64,000 nucleotides of DNA from Promethearchaeota archaeon (GTDB lineage: Archaea; Asgardarchaeota; Thorarchaeia; Thorarchaeales; Thorarchaeaceae), in contig JBHLPF010000004.1 in assembly GCA_048939765.1 (NCBI GenBank), positions 12,784 through 76,783 of the forward strand. Direction: 5' to 3'. Positions 48,426 to 57,593 of this stretch are shown here, one piece after another. Numbering within the stretch: position 1 is the first letter of the stretch; the number at the start of each line of letters is the position of its first letter. The notes under the pieces are model-generated. The model was given only the letters and a program-made list of their open reading frames with translations. It was not told where the DNA came from and searched no databases. Position numbers and translations under genes: made by a program.

Positions 48426-50729
48426 TTGACCACGCCTAGAATTCTCTTCGAGATCGAGGATGACAAAAGCACCACCGCAATAGCCATGGGAGACGTCACT
48501 GGATCAGGAACCTCAGAACTCTGTACGGGAGACCGGGATGGTGTCCTTAGGCTATATGATGGAAGTACAGCTGAGATTAGGTTCCTCGCTCAAAAGGACC
48601 TAGAAGGCAGTATCCTGTCACTCAAAATTGCAGATGCGAATAATGATGGTCGAATGGAGATTGTTGTAGGACGCAGTCTCGATCCAGGAGATATTCCGGG
48701 TGAGTCCGGTACTCTTCAAGTCTATAGATTCGCACCAAGTGGACAGTTTCAACTTCTAGGAGAGTATCCGGTTGACAAGTTTATCACAACTGTCATGGTG
48801 ACTGATGTCACGGGGGATGAGAAGAACGAGATAATTGTTGCAGGGAGTGACTCGTCTCTTCGAGTGTTCCAGATGGATGTTGATGACAAGATTACTGAAT
48901 ATGCCAAGCATCAGCTTGAAAACATGCCAATCTCGATCGGTGTCTGTGATGTGATTGGTGATGAAATCGACGAGTTTGTCACAGGTAACATTGATGGCTC
49001 ACTCAGAGTGTTCAAGGTGAGGGACCACACCATTGATGAGATTGAAGTACTACAGCTTCCGAGTCCGATCATATCAGTCAAGGCTGGAGATATCTTGGGT
49101 GACAGGAAGATGGAGCTGGGCGTTGTCACTCGAGACGGGACTATCAGAGTCTATCGAAACGAGGAGAGCAAGCTGGACCTCTTCACCAAGCTTGAAGGAG
49201 TGAATGCACTCTCCATTGTGATGGAAGAGATCAATGCAGATCACATGGATGAGATGATAGTTGCAACTTCTGATTACAAGGTCAAATTCTACAATCTGCA
49301 TATGGCCGAGCTTCTAGAACTAGCCAGCGTGAACATTGGCGAGAAGATTCTCTCAATCAGTGTTGGAGATGCAGGAGGAGATGACCGAAAAGAAGTCCTA
49401 GTGGGTATATCGAACGGTCCATTGAGGGTTCTCCAGGGCCTCTATCAGCTGATTCCCAAGTTTGAGATTGATACACAAGCAAAGACCGGAACTAATCTCA
49501 TAGGCAAAGTCACTGTTGCGAATATCACAAGTCAGCCCATCACTGGAGTCACTGGCAAGGTATACTGGTTCCCTAAGGATAACCTCCAGGTTTCTAACAA
49601 TCACCTCAAATTCGATCTGAATCCTGGTGAAACCAAGACGATTCAATTGGACCTTGTACCTACCACTGAAGGAACTGTCATCATTCGTCCAATAGTGTTG
49701 ATGTGGACAGATGCTTCAGGCCAAGTGAAACAGATCACAACTCCTGAGACTGCGATCCTCGTGGAGAAAGGAGCTGCTGTAGCTGCGCCCGCTGCCATGC
49801 CATCAGTATCATTGCCCGAACCTTCGGCAGCCATCGTTGATGATTTGACAGACTATGCCCCAGCCGAGGGCACTGGCTTTGCTGAAGTCGAGAAAGCTAA
49901 AGCAGCAGAGATTCTCAAGATGACTGCCTCTGAGGGTTCGGATGAGTCCTTGAGAGAGGCCGAAGAGTTGCTCGACAAGCTGTTTGGAGTAGAGGAAACC
50001 GGTACAGTCATCTCTGAGGTTGAAGAGGTTTCGGCAGTGATGGAACAGGCTGCTCCCCCGGCCCCTGCTCCGGCACAAGTAGTCGTTGAAGAAGTCGTGG
50101 ATGAGAGCGCTCTAGTCACTGAGATGAGAGCACGTACTCCTAAACCGCCACGCCCAGGTACGCCCAGCGACAGTTACACTTACCTCTTCAAGGTAATGGT
50201 GACCGGGGAAGGCGCTGTAGGAAAGACGACGCTCGTAAATCGCTACGTAACTGGTGTTTTCGAGAGGGACTACAAAACGACGATTGGATCTCAGTTCGCC
50301 GTCAAGCTCACTCACATTTCGCCCCCAGAGCCGGAGTACGCTGTGGGAATCAAGCTTCAGTGTTGGGACGTTGCCGGGCAGGCCAGATTCAAGGCTGTGC
50401 GCAAGATGTACTACAGTGGTGCAGCAGGAATCATCCTCGTCTATGACGTGACCAGAAGACGCTCATTCACCGAGCTCTCCAAGTGGGTCAAGGAGGCGGA
50501 CGAGTCAATTGGCCTACGCGTGCCAATTGTTGTGGTAGGCAACAAGACCGACCTTCCAGACAGAGCAGTACCATCAGCTGAGGCGAAGCGCTGGGCGGAG
50601 GACCAAGGCTTTCTCTACATGGAGTCTTCTGCAAAGACTGGTGATGGCGTAGCAGATATGTTCACTGTCCTGGCTGAGCAGATGTGGCGAGATGCAAAGA
50701 AGGCCACTGAGGCAAAGAAAAACAGATAG
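48426..50729 (+). CDS. Fusion protein: FG-GAP/BBS2-like beta-propeller, Ig-like domain, acidic linker, Rab-like GTPase
   Basis: Seven blades with D-x-x-G-D-x-x-x-E motifs; beta-sandwich (LNPGETKTI); GEGAVGKT, TIGSQF, WDVAGQ, NKTD, SAK. Confidence 0.9.
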   Translation: MTTPRILFEIEDDKSTTAIAMGDVTGSGTSELCTGDRDGVLRLYDGSTAEIRFLAQKDLEGSILSLKIADANNDGRMEIVVGRSLDPGDIPGESGTLQVYRFAPSGQFQLLGEYPVDKFITTVMVTDVTGDEKNEIIVAGSDSSLRVFQMDVDDKITEYAKHQLENMPISIGVCDVIGDEIDEFVTGNIDGSLRVFKVRDHTIDEIEVLQLPSPIISVKAGDILGDRKMELGVVTRDGTIRVYRNEESKLDLFTKLEGVNALSIVMEEINADHMDEMIVATSDYKVKFYNLHMAELLELASVNIGEKILSISVGDAGGDDRKEVLVGISNGPLRVLQGLYQLIPKFEIDTQAKTGTNLIGKVTVANITSQPITGVTGKVYWFPKDNLQVSNNHLKFDLNPGETKTIQLDLVPTTEGTVIIRPIVLMWTDASGQVKQITTPETAILVEKGAAVAAPAAMPSVSLPEPSAAIVDDLTDYAPAEGTGFAEVEKAKAAEILKMTASEGSDESLREAEELLDKLFGVEETGTVISEVEEVSAVMEQAAPPAPAPAQVVVEEVVDESALVTEMRARTPKPPRPGTPSDSYTYLFKVMVTGEGAVGKTTLVNRYVTGVFERDYKTTIGSQFAVKLTHISPPEPEYAVGIKLQCWDVAGQARFKAVRKMYYSGAAGIILVYDVTRRRSFTELSKWVKEADESIGLRVPIVVVGNKTDLPDRAVPSAEAKRWAEDQGFLYMESSAKTGDGVADMFTVLAEQMWRDAKKATEAKKNR

Positions 50730-50731
50730 CT

Positions 50732-51334
50732 TCAGCGCCGCAGTCTGAGGATGTCGGCAACACCTGCATCATATGCTGCCCGATTCATTTCTGGATTACG
50801 AAGAGTAGTTTCTACTGCTTTCCGAATTTCATCCTTGTCCATTGGGATTCCCCTCAAAGAAGATACGGCACCGAGCATGTAGGAGTTAAGAAACAGCAGG
50901 CCTCCCGATTTCTCTAAGGCCTCCATAGGATCAAGCGCTATGGCCTCTCCGCAAAGAAACTGGAGTGATTCGACTATCTTCTCTACTGGTGGATAATCCT
51001 CAGTTTCGGCGAGGGAGCTCGGCGTCTCGACTATCGTGGTACTGACGACTGCAACGGTCTGTTGGCTCGCATACTCGATGGCCGCTCTCAAGGCTTCAAG
51101 CGGTTCCATTCCCAATAGGAGGTCAGCTTTTCCTTTGGGAATCAGAGGTCCTCTGTCCTGCTTACTGATTCGAAGATGTGTAAGGACTGTGCCACCTCTC
51201 CTTGATGCACCAAAGGTTTCTCCTACCACTGGGCGAAGCCCATTCTGAAGTGCAGCTTCAGATAGAATTCTACCACACACGAGATTACCCTGGCCTCCCA
51301 CACCAGCAATTAGAATGTTGTAGTCATCATTCAT
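50732..51334 (-). CDS. iorB: Indolepyruvate:ferredoxin oxidoreductase beta subunit
   Basis: AGVGGQG, ETFGASRRGGTV, EPLEALR. Confidence 0.9.
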   Translation of the reverse strand: MNDDYNILIAGVGGQGNLVCGRILSEAALQNGLRPVVGETFGASRRGGTVLTHLRISKQDRGPLIPKGKADLLLGMEPLEALRAAIEYASQQTVAVVSTTIVETPSSLAETEDYPPVEKIVESLQFLCGEAIALDPMEALEKSGGLLFLNSYMLGAVSSLRGIPMDKDEIRKAVETTLRNPEMNRAAYDAGVADILRLRR

Positions 51335-51337
51335 TGG

Positions 51338-53209
51338 TCATCCCTGCTTAATCGCACCATGTGGGCATACTATGACGCAGGCTCCGCATCTCACGCAGAT
51401 GTGGTCATGGATGATTGGTCTAGCTGCTTCATCTTGCCATCCAAGAGCTACACATCCAAACTGGGCAGCACAAATCTTGCAGCTCTCGCCACGGCACATA
51501 TCTGAGTCAATGTGTATTCGTTCCTTCTCAGCATAGGTCTCTCCCATCCTTTGTTCCTCGAGTCTACAGATACTCTTGAACAGTAGAACATTGAGGCCGT
51601 CTTTGCGGATGGTGTCATGAATGAGGTCCACGGTTTTAGACAGGTCCGTGGCATCGCCAACAGCATAGAAGTCTGGTTCGATAGCTTGGACTATCTTCTC
51701 AATACTCACCATCCTCTGTCCTTCAGGTTGGTCCTCCTCACCTGGATGTTTCTGGAACCCGGTCATGGCTGTGGTGGAATTGTCAAGAATCATGAATGTG
51801 ACATTCGCATTCTTGTGTTTCGCGTTAATCAGAGCAGGTATGCAGGCATGCAGAAAAGTCGAGTCTCCTGCAACTGCTGCGACTCGGGACTCGAGGCCGA
51901 ACTCGTGAAGCTGACCAAGTCCGCTAGCAATCCCGATTCCTGATCCCATTGAGAATAATGTGCCTATAGCTTCATCATAGAAGACTCCAAGAGAGTAGCA
52001 ACCAATATCCCCAGTCACTGAGAGCTTTCCGCCCAACCTCTGCTTCACCTTGCGAACAGCCCAGTACACATTTCTATGAGTACATCCAGCACAGAACGTC
52101 AAGGCTCGTCCGATCAGGAGCGAACGTGCGGACTCCCGAAGACTCATCTCCCTTTTGTCAGGCTTTTTCAATCTGAGACCTAGCGCTTTGTGCACTGCTT
52201 CGATTGCCAGATTGGTATTCATTTCTCCATATGCCGGTGCCGCACCATCCCGTTTGCCATGGAATTTGCAGTTGACAGAAGGCAGCTCAGTTGATAACGC
52301 ACGCACTGCATCTTCCACAAATGGATCTGATTCTTCTAGGAAGAGTACATTAGGTGCTTTCCTGATTGCCTTGTATATCAACTTCCTTGGCAGGGGATGC
52401 GTTGTGACAAGACCCAAGGATCCGCTGCTTTCTGCACCTGCCGATTCTATCGCTTCTTCTGCATACCTTTGACATATTCCAGATGCAATCGTAAGAAGGT
52501 CTACATTCTTCTTCGCGCGCAGCCTGTTGAATGGGCTAGTGTCAAATTCCTCTGAGATTCTCTGAATCTTGTTCTGAAGTTCATGTCTTGCTAGATGAGG
52601 ATTCGGGACATTGTAGAGCTTCTCTTTCATCTTTAGTGGTTTGGGGTATTCATAACTATCAATTGGGCAGGGATTGACCAGTCCCCGAGAGTGACCGAGT
52701 CGGGTTGTGCTTCGAATAATGACTGGTACATTGTATTTTCTTGAGATGTCAAAGGCATAGGGTACCACATCCTTTGCTTCTTGGTATCCCGAGGGCTCTA
52801 GCAGAGGCAGCAGTGCTGCCTTTGCATAGAATCGGGAGTCTTGTTCAGTACTGGTAGAGTGGCCTTCGGGATCATCACCAACAATGATTACAAGTCCCCC
52901 GTCTCCACATTCTGATAGATTCATAGTCAGAAGAGAGTCGGACGCAACATTAAGACCTAGGGACTTCATTGAGCAAAGCGCAGGTATACCTGCCCAACTC
53001 GCCGCCGCAGCCGCTTCAAGCGCGACCTTCTCATTGACACTCCATTCTGCATGGATTTGAATGCTCTCCGCTTTTCTCATGAGATATTCTGTTATCTGTG
53101 TCGCAGGTGTTCCTGGGTAGGATGTACAGAAGCCCACTCCCGCTTCAAGCGCACCTCTAGCCAATGCATCATTGCCGCTCATCAAACGAGCAGAAGTTTC
53201 GCCATCCAT
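51338..53209 (-). CDS. iorA: Indolepyruvate:ferredoxin oxidoreductase alpha subunit
   Basis: GNDALARG, YPGTP, NEKVA, EQDSR, DIGCY, GDST, TAMTG, C-terminal ferredoxin. Confidence 0.93.
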   Translation of the reverse strand: MDGETSARLMSGNDALARGALEAGVGFCTSYPGTPATQITEYLMRKAESIQIHAEWSVNEKVALEAAAAASWAGIPALCSMKSLGLNVASDSLLTMNLSECGDGGLVIIVGDDPEGHSTSTEQDSRFYAKAALLPLLEPSGYQEAKDVVPYAFDISRKYNVPVIIRSTTRLGHSRGLVNPCPIDSYEYPKPLKMKEKLYNVPNPHLARHELQNKIQRISEEFDTSPFNRLRAKKNVDLLTIASGICQRYAEEAIESAGAESSGSLGLVTTHPLPRKLIYKAIRKAPNVLFLEESDPFVEDAVRALSTELPSVNCKFHGKRDGAAPAYGEMNTNLAIEAVHKALGLRLKKPDKREMSLRESARSLLIGRALTFCAGCTHRNVYWAVRKVKQRLGGKLSVTGDIGCYSLGVFYDEAIGTLFSMGSGIGIASGLGQLHEFGLESRVAAVAGDSTFLHACIPALINAKHKNANVTFMILDNSTTAMTGFQKHPGEEDQPEGQRMVSIEKIVQAIEPDFYAVGDATDLSKTVDLIHDTIRKDGLNVLLFKSICRLEEQRMGETYAEKERIHIDSDMCRGESCKICAAQFGCVALGWQDEAARPIIHDHICVRCGACVIVCPHGAIKQG

Positions 53210-53330
53210 CTTGTGCCATCGGAGTAGACGTTAGTGGTGATAGAAAACACTTCCGACTTTAATAGCATAAGCAATTGTACATTAAAGAAAGAAAGAAAAG
53301 GGCCGCTTCAATTTTCCTTCTGAATGTACT

Positions 53331-54395
53331 ATGAGCAAGACCCCTGATGCAAAGAGTAGACTCACAGGACTGCTGTCGATTTCTCATGACAAAGACGTCG
53401 ATGGTCTGAATGCAGCAGCGATAGTATGGCGCTATGCGAAGTCAAAGGGTCTTAAGTTTGACATGATACTGACTGACTATGGATACTTCGACCAAGCCTT
53501 TTCGCAAGTCGCCAAGCGAAGACATACGCTCATAGTAATCACTGATCTTGGTATTGATGAGAACTCGATGAATTTCGCCATTGATGGTCTGTCCAGGGCT
53601 GTCGCACAGGGATGTAGAGTCGTTTGGCTTGACCATCACTCATGGAGCAAGGAAGCAATTGACGCTGTTCTTTCTCTAGAGAACAAGCCTGTCCTCAGGG
53701 TGAATACCGACTATTGTGCAGCTGAGATCGCCCATAAGAGCCTCATGCCAAGGGATGAGATCTGTGCTGAACTCGCTCGCATTGCACATGACACTGATTT
53801 CAATCTGAGGGAGATAGAGGCGGCTGTTGCTCTGGCAGACTTGGTGTCAGTCAGTCGATTTACATCGATTAACAAGAAAGAGGACATGAGTGCTGCAGTT
53901 CTACCGATAGTCACCGGTCTAGCTGAGAATGGTATAGCTGGAATATGGAACGAAAAGACGAAGAAATTCAAGGATGCAACAATGGAGCGACAGGTCCGCG
54001 AATATCGGAAAGAGCGCCTCAAAAAGATGAAGAAGTCACTAGCTGGCCATTGTGATCAGCTTATTCATGACCGGCTCGTTCGCGTTGTTGAGATACCTAC
54101 AGGGGTGACTACTACTGATCTCGGGACGTATCTCGCTGATGAGAAGAACCTTGAGATTGAAGGACAGAGATTGAAGGTGGCTGACTTGCTGATAACTGTA
54201 AGTCAAGGCGGCCTTCTCGGATTCAGAAGAGGCAATGATTCCACCTTATGCAATGTAGCTGCGGGGCTATTCAATGGAGGTGGACATCCCTATGCCGCTG
54301 GGGGTGAATATGGGATGTATGATGACTTTCAAGCTGTCTGCGATGATATATTCTTGACGCTCTCCAAGGGCCACGACTGGGTCATTCCGTCATAG
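53331..54395 (+). CDS. DHH/DHHA1 family phosphoesterase
   Basis: DVDG, TDLG, DHH, GGGHPYAAG. Confidence 0.88.
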   Translation: MSKTPDAKSRLTGLLSISHDKDVDGLNAAAIVWRYAKSKGLKFDMILTDYGYFDQAFSQVAKRRHTLIVITDLGIDENSMNFAIDGLSRAVAQGCRVVWLDHHSWSKEAIDAVLSLENKPVLRVNTDYCAAEIAHKSLMPRDEICAELARIAHDTDFNLREIEAAVALADLVSVSRFTSINKKEDMSAAVLPIVTGLAENGIAGIWNEKTKKFKDATMERQVREYRKERLKKMKKSLAGHCDQLIHDRLVRVVEIPTGVTTTDLGTYLADEKNLEIEGQRLKVADLLITVSQGGLLGFRRGNDSTLCNVAAGLFNGGGHPYAAGGEYGMYDDFQAVCDDIFLTLSKGHDWVIPS

Positions 54396-54398
54396 GTT

Positions 54399-55370
54399 CT
54401 ATGAGTCCGAATCCTCGCGCTCCTTTGATTTTGCCAGCTTTGCTACTGCTTCCAAAATATCCACTCCCTCTTCCCAGATCTTGTCGAATGTGTTCAATGC
54501 ATCATGGACCAAACCAGGATTGTCTTCCCTACGAACAAGCGCTGCCATGTCAGATGCAGGAGAGTGTGTGAGGTAGAGAAGCATCACGTCAGTGTTCAGA
54601 GCAACGATTCTATAGGTCTTAAGAGGAGTTTTAGGACTTCGAACCTCTATATTTCCAGTTTTCATGACTTCCTGCAGGAGCTTCCCCAATCCACCAATAT
54701 ATCTGGAGATTACGCTCGGGTCACGTGATGCATCTCCTGTAGGTACTAGAATGCTCCGGAGCCTGATGCCTTCTGCCGCTTTCATCAAGAGCTGCATTTC
54801 GGTGACTCCACTGGTTTCATAATCTCTGTCAATAGCTTGTATGGGAGCAATCTGTTTTATTATATCGCCAGGCCTTGCCTTCTGAAAAATCTCTCTTATG
54901 AGTGCGCTTCTTACATTTTCGACTCCTTCTATTACAGTCGACGTGTCGATAGGTACACTCCCCACAATTGTGTCATATGCCATCATTGTTAGGTCTCTTA
55001 CTGTTGTGTCTTTTAGTGTCTTCAAGTCCCCTTTTACCTCGGCTTGATCGGATTTCAATTCATTCACACGTGAGGACAGCTTTCTCTTCAGAGCCTCAGC
55101 GATGATTCCTTCAGATGTCTTATATCGACGTGGGCTTTCAATTCGTTCAGTGCTAATGAACCCCCCGTCTTCCAGACGGCCCAGGCATTTGTATATCCAG
55201 ACTTTTGAGAGCTTCATGCCCTTCTTCTTCAGATTATCAAAGAGGTCAGCAAAAGTGACTCCGTCTGAGCTCTTCTCCATGCCAATTAATACTCTAAGGA
55301 CCTGCATGTCACGAGACGACATATCCACTCCAATTCTCTCAAAGATATCCTTGCCAACCATTCCACTCAT
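54399..55370 (-). CDS. TrmB-like transcriptional regulator (wHTH, coiled coil, PLD-like domain)
   Basis: IYKCLGRLEDGGFI...PRRY, IEGVENV, FDKIWEEG. Confidence 0.8.
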   Translation of the reverse strand: MSGMVGKDIFERIGVDMSSRDMQVLRVLIGMEKSSDGVTFADLFDNLKKKGMKLSKVWIYKCLGRLEDGGFISTERIESPRRYKTSEGIIAEALKRKLSSRVNELKSDQAEVKGDLKTLKDTTVRDLTMMAYDTIVGSVPIDTSTVIEGVENVRSALIREIFQKARPGDIIKQIAPIQAIDRDYETSGVTEMQLLMKAAEGIRLRSILVPTGDASRDPSVISRYIGGLGKLLQEVMKTGNIEVRSPKTPLKTYRIVALNTDVMLLYLTHSPASDMAALVRREDNPGLVHDALNTFDKIWEEGVDILEAVAKLAKSKEREDSDS

Positions 55371-56278
55371 TCTTCTCTCGACTCCGTCAGAATCTCAGCT
55401 TTTACATAATCCTCTGAGAAGCTCTCGATTGCAGCCTCCATAAGCATAGTATTTGCATCCCTGGAAATCCAAGTGCCAGCCAGCGGTTCTTCAGCCACGA
55501 TTAAGACCATTCCCTCTCCACTCTTTGACACAAACTGGTATGTGGCATCCTGTCTGATGTGTTTCCTCAGCTCAATATTGTGACCCTGGTTTCGCAGCTT
55601 TTGGATGACTGCACCAAGCTCATCAGTGAACCCATGTTTTTCCTCTGAGCGGCACAATACTCGAGTTTCTGCGCCACTCTTTCCCAGGCAGTCGAGAATA
55701 CTAGCAATCCTGCTCCCATGACCCGCTTCTGCCCTCATCCAATCAGTTGTCAATCGAATAATGTCGCCACGATTTGCCTTCCTACATATCTCTCGCTCAA
55801 TTAGGCTAATACAAGGTCCCAAGCCCTCCACAAATATGGGCTTAGGCCTAATGCGCCGACCGGTCATTGTTGATACGAATTGGCTTGCCAGAGTTCCTGG
55901 GTCAAGATATGTCAGTTCCTCGATTTCAGATTCGAGCTGACTCACCCTTCCCTCTAGCTCCTTCACAGCGGTTTCCTTTGCTCTCTTCAGACCAACACGC
56001 ATCACCTTATGGCTCGTCCCATACCTGTGACGGTAGCCAGTCCGGTCAATAACGATGAACCCATCCTTTTCCAATGAGGTTAAGCTTCGATACAGAAGGG
56101 GGTCCGATACGCTCTTTTCTCCCTCCTCTATCATGAACGCATCCTTGATGTCTTCAAAAGTAACAAAGGTATCATGGTCCCTCTGGACTTTCATTAAGGC
56201 TCTCAAGACCACCATTCTTCTCTCATCTGGGTCAATACCAATCAACTCCAGTGCCGTTTCTTCAGTCCGGCCTGTCAA
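55367..56278 (-). CDS. TrmB-like transcriptional regulator
   Basis: LYRSLTSLEKDGFI, coiled coil, paralogous C-terminal domain. Confidence 0.78.
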   Translation of the reverse strand: MTGRTEETALELIGIDPDERRMVVLRALMKVQRDHDTFVTFEDIKDAFMIEEGEKSVSDPLLYRSLTSLEKDGFIVIDRTGYRHRYGTSHKVMRVGLKRAKETAVKELEGRVSQLESEIEELTYLDPGTLASQFVSTMTGRRIRPKPIFVEGLGPCISLIEREICRKANRGDIIRLTTDWMRAEAGHGSRIASILDCLGKSGAETRVLCRSEEKHGFTDELGAVIQKLRNQGHNIELRKHIRQDATYQFVSKSGEGMVLIVAEEPLAGTWISRDANTMLMEAAIESFSEDYVKAEILTESREE

Positions 56279-56295
56279 TGCCCCCGCCTCTATGT

Positions 56296-57339
56296 CTACT
56301 TCTCCTTGCTCCCCTTACCTAAGTCTGTCCTATCGAGTAGCATCTTTGCAAGGGGGCTGTCACTTGTTCCCATCTTTTCGAAATCCTTCGCGGTGAGTTC
56401 GAATATTGATTTTGCATTCTTCCAGTTCTCATCAAAAGATGATATTGCATTATCAATCAGATCGGGATTGAACTCTCTAGTCAGCCATGTCGCAGTGAGT
56501 GGGTTCTCAGTGATCACTAATGCTGTACTCTGGTCATTCAGACTTACTTGGCTATACGTCCTTCCTGCTGGGAACACGCGCACGTCAAACTTGATTCCAG
56601 CTTCTCGCATCTTGATTATTCCTTGAGCTATGTCGCCCATCCTTTGCGGGTCCATATCTCGTTCGACCAACTCACCCGCTGAGAGAATATCAAGCGTCAC
56701 GAGATAACGCACGTCTACTCCTCTTTGGGCTGCATTGATGAATTTCATCATTCGGTCTTCACCCCCCTTTAGAAGAGGGGTGAGCCAAAGCACTGTAGCT
56801 CGTATCACGTCGCCTTTCATCGCTACATCAGTTACGTTGTACTTCAGGACCCTGTCTAGTTCATCAACTCCGCGAACTATACGAGTCGTTGGTGCTTGAT
56901 CTTGACCGGTCAGAGCCCTCACTAGACGTTGAGCTAAAACTCCGCAATCGAGCTTCGAAATCTGATACTGGTTCACCTTCAGTGATTCCAACTCGTCCTC
57001 AATCTGGTTTATTCTGTTAGTCTTGAGTTGTTCTAATCCAGTCATTATTGTGTTAACATCGGCGACATATTTCTTACGAGACTGACCCTCAACTCGTACG
57101 AGTTGGTTCTCAACCAAGGGCTTTAACACTCTATGCACCCAAGCCTTAGAGAGATTTCCATCAGGAATTTCCTCCAAGACCGACTCATAGACTTCCGTGA
57201 ATGAGCGTGGAGCAGGAGGGTCTCCCTGGATCTTCAAGATTGCACGAAGGACTCCAATCGTTCTCGACTCCTCTTCAGCTGTACCTACATTGAGGCCAAG
57301 AATCTCCAGAGCCTCTCTAAGAGTTTCATCTTCAATCAT
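56296..57339 (-). CDS. TrmB-like transcriptional regulator
   Basis: VHRVLKPLVENQLV, IVRG, AAQRGVDVRYL, FDENWKNA. Confidence 0.8.
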   Translation of the reverse strand: MIEDETLREALEILGLNVGTAEEESRTIGVLRAILKIQGDPPAPRSFTEVYESVLEEIPDGNLSKAWVHRVLKPLVENQLVRVEGQSRKKYVADVNTIMTGLEQLKTNRINQIEDELESLKVNQYQISKLDCGVLAQRLVRALTGQDQAPTTRIVRGVDELDRVLKYNVTDVAMKGDVIRATVLWLTPLLKGGEDRMMKFINAAQRGVDVRYLVTLDILSAGELVERDMDPQRMGDIAQGIIKMREAGIKFDVRVFPAGRTYSQVSLNDQSTALVITENPLTATWLTREFNPDLIDNAISSFDENWKNAKSIFELTAKDFEKMGTSDSPLAKMLLDRTDLGKGSKEK

Positions 57340-57459
57340 GTTCCCGACCAACCCAATTTTGAGTATCTTCAAATCAATGCTTAAACTGATAACATACTTA
57401 CTTGATGAATGTTTACAACCACAATTGCCTTTAATATGCTCGTGTACTTGTCTTATTGC

Positions 57460-57593
57460 GGTATTATGCAGGAACTCCGCGTGGATGCGAACGGTTATCC
57501 ACGGGCATGTTGCAAGTGAAAACGAAGCAGGGTACGGGGGGGCGGACCCTGCTTCAACATGTTCTCTTCTCCGTACGCCCCCTCTCTCATTTC
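57460..57593. ncRNA. Candidate structured RNA element (three stems plus a pseudoknot)
   Basis: Stems 57480-57486/57497-57503, 57506-57511/57556-57561 and 57524-57533/57546-57555; loop GGGGGCG is complementary to CGCCCCC at 57576-57582. Confidence 0.4.
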
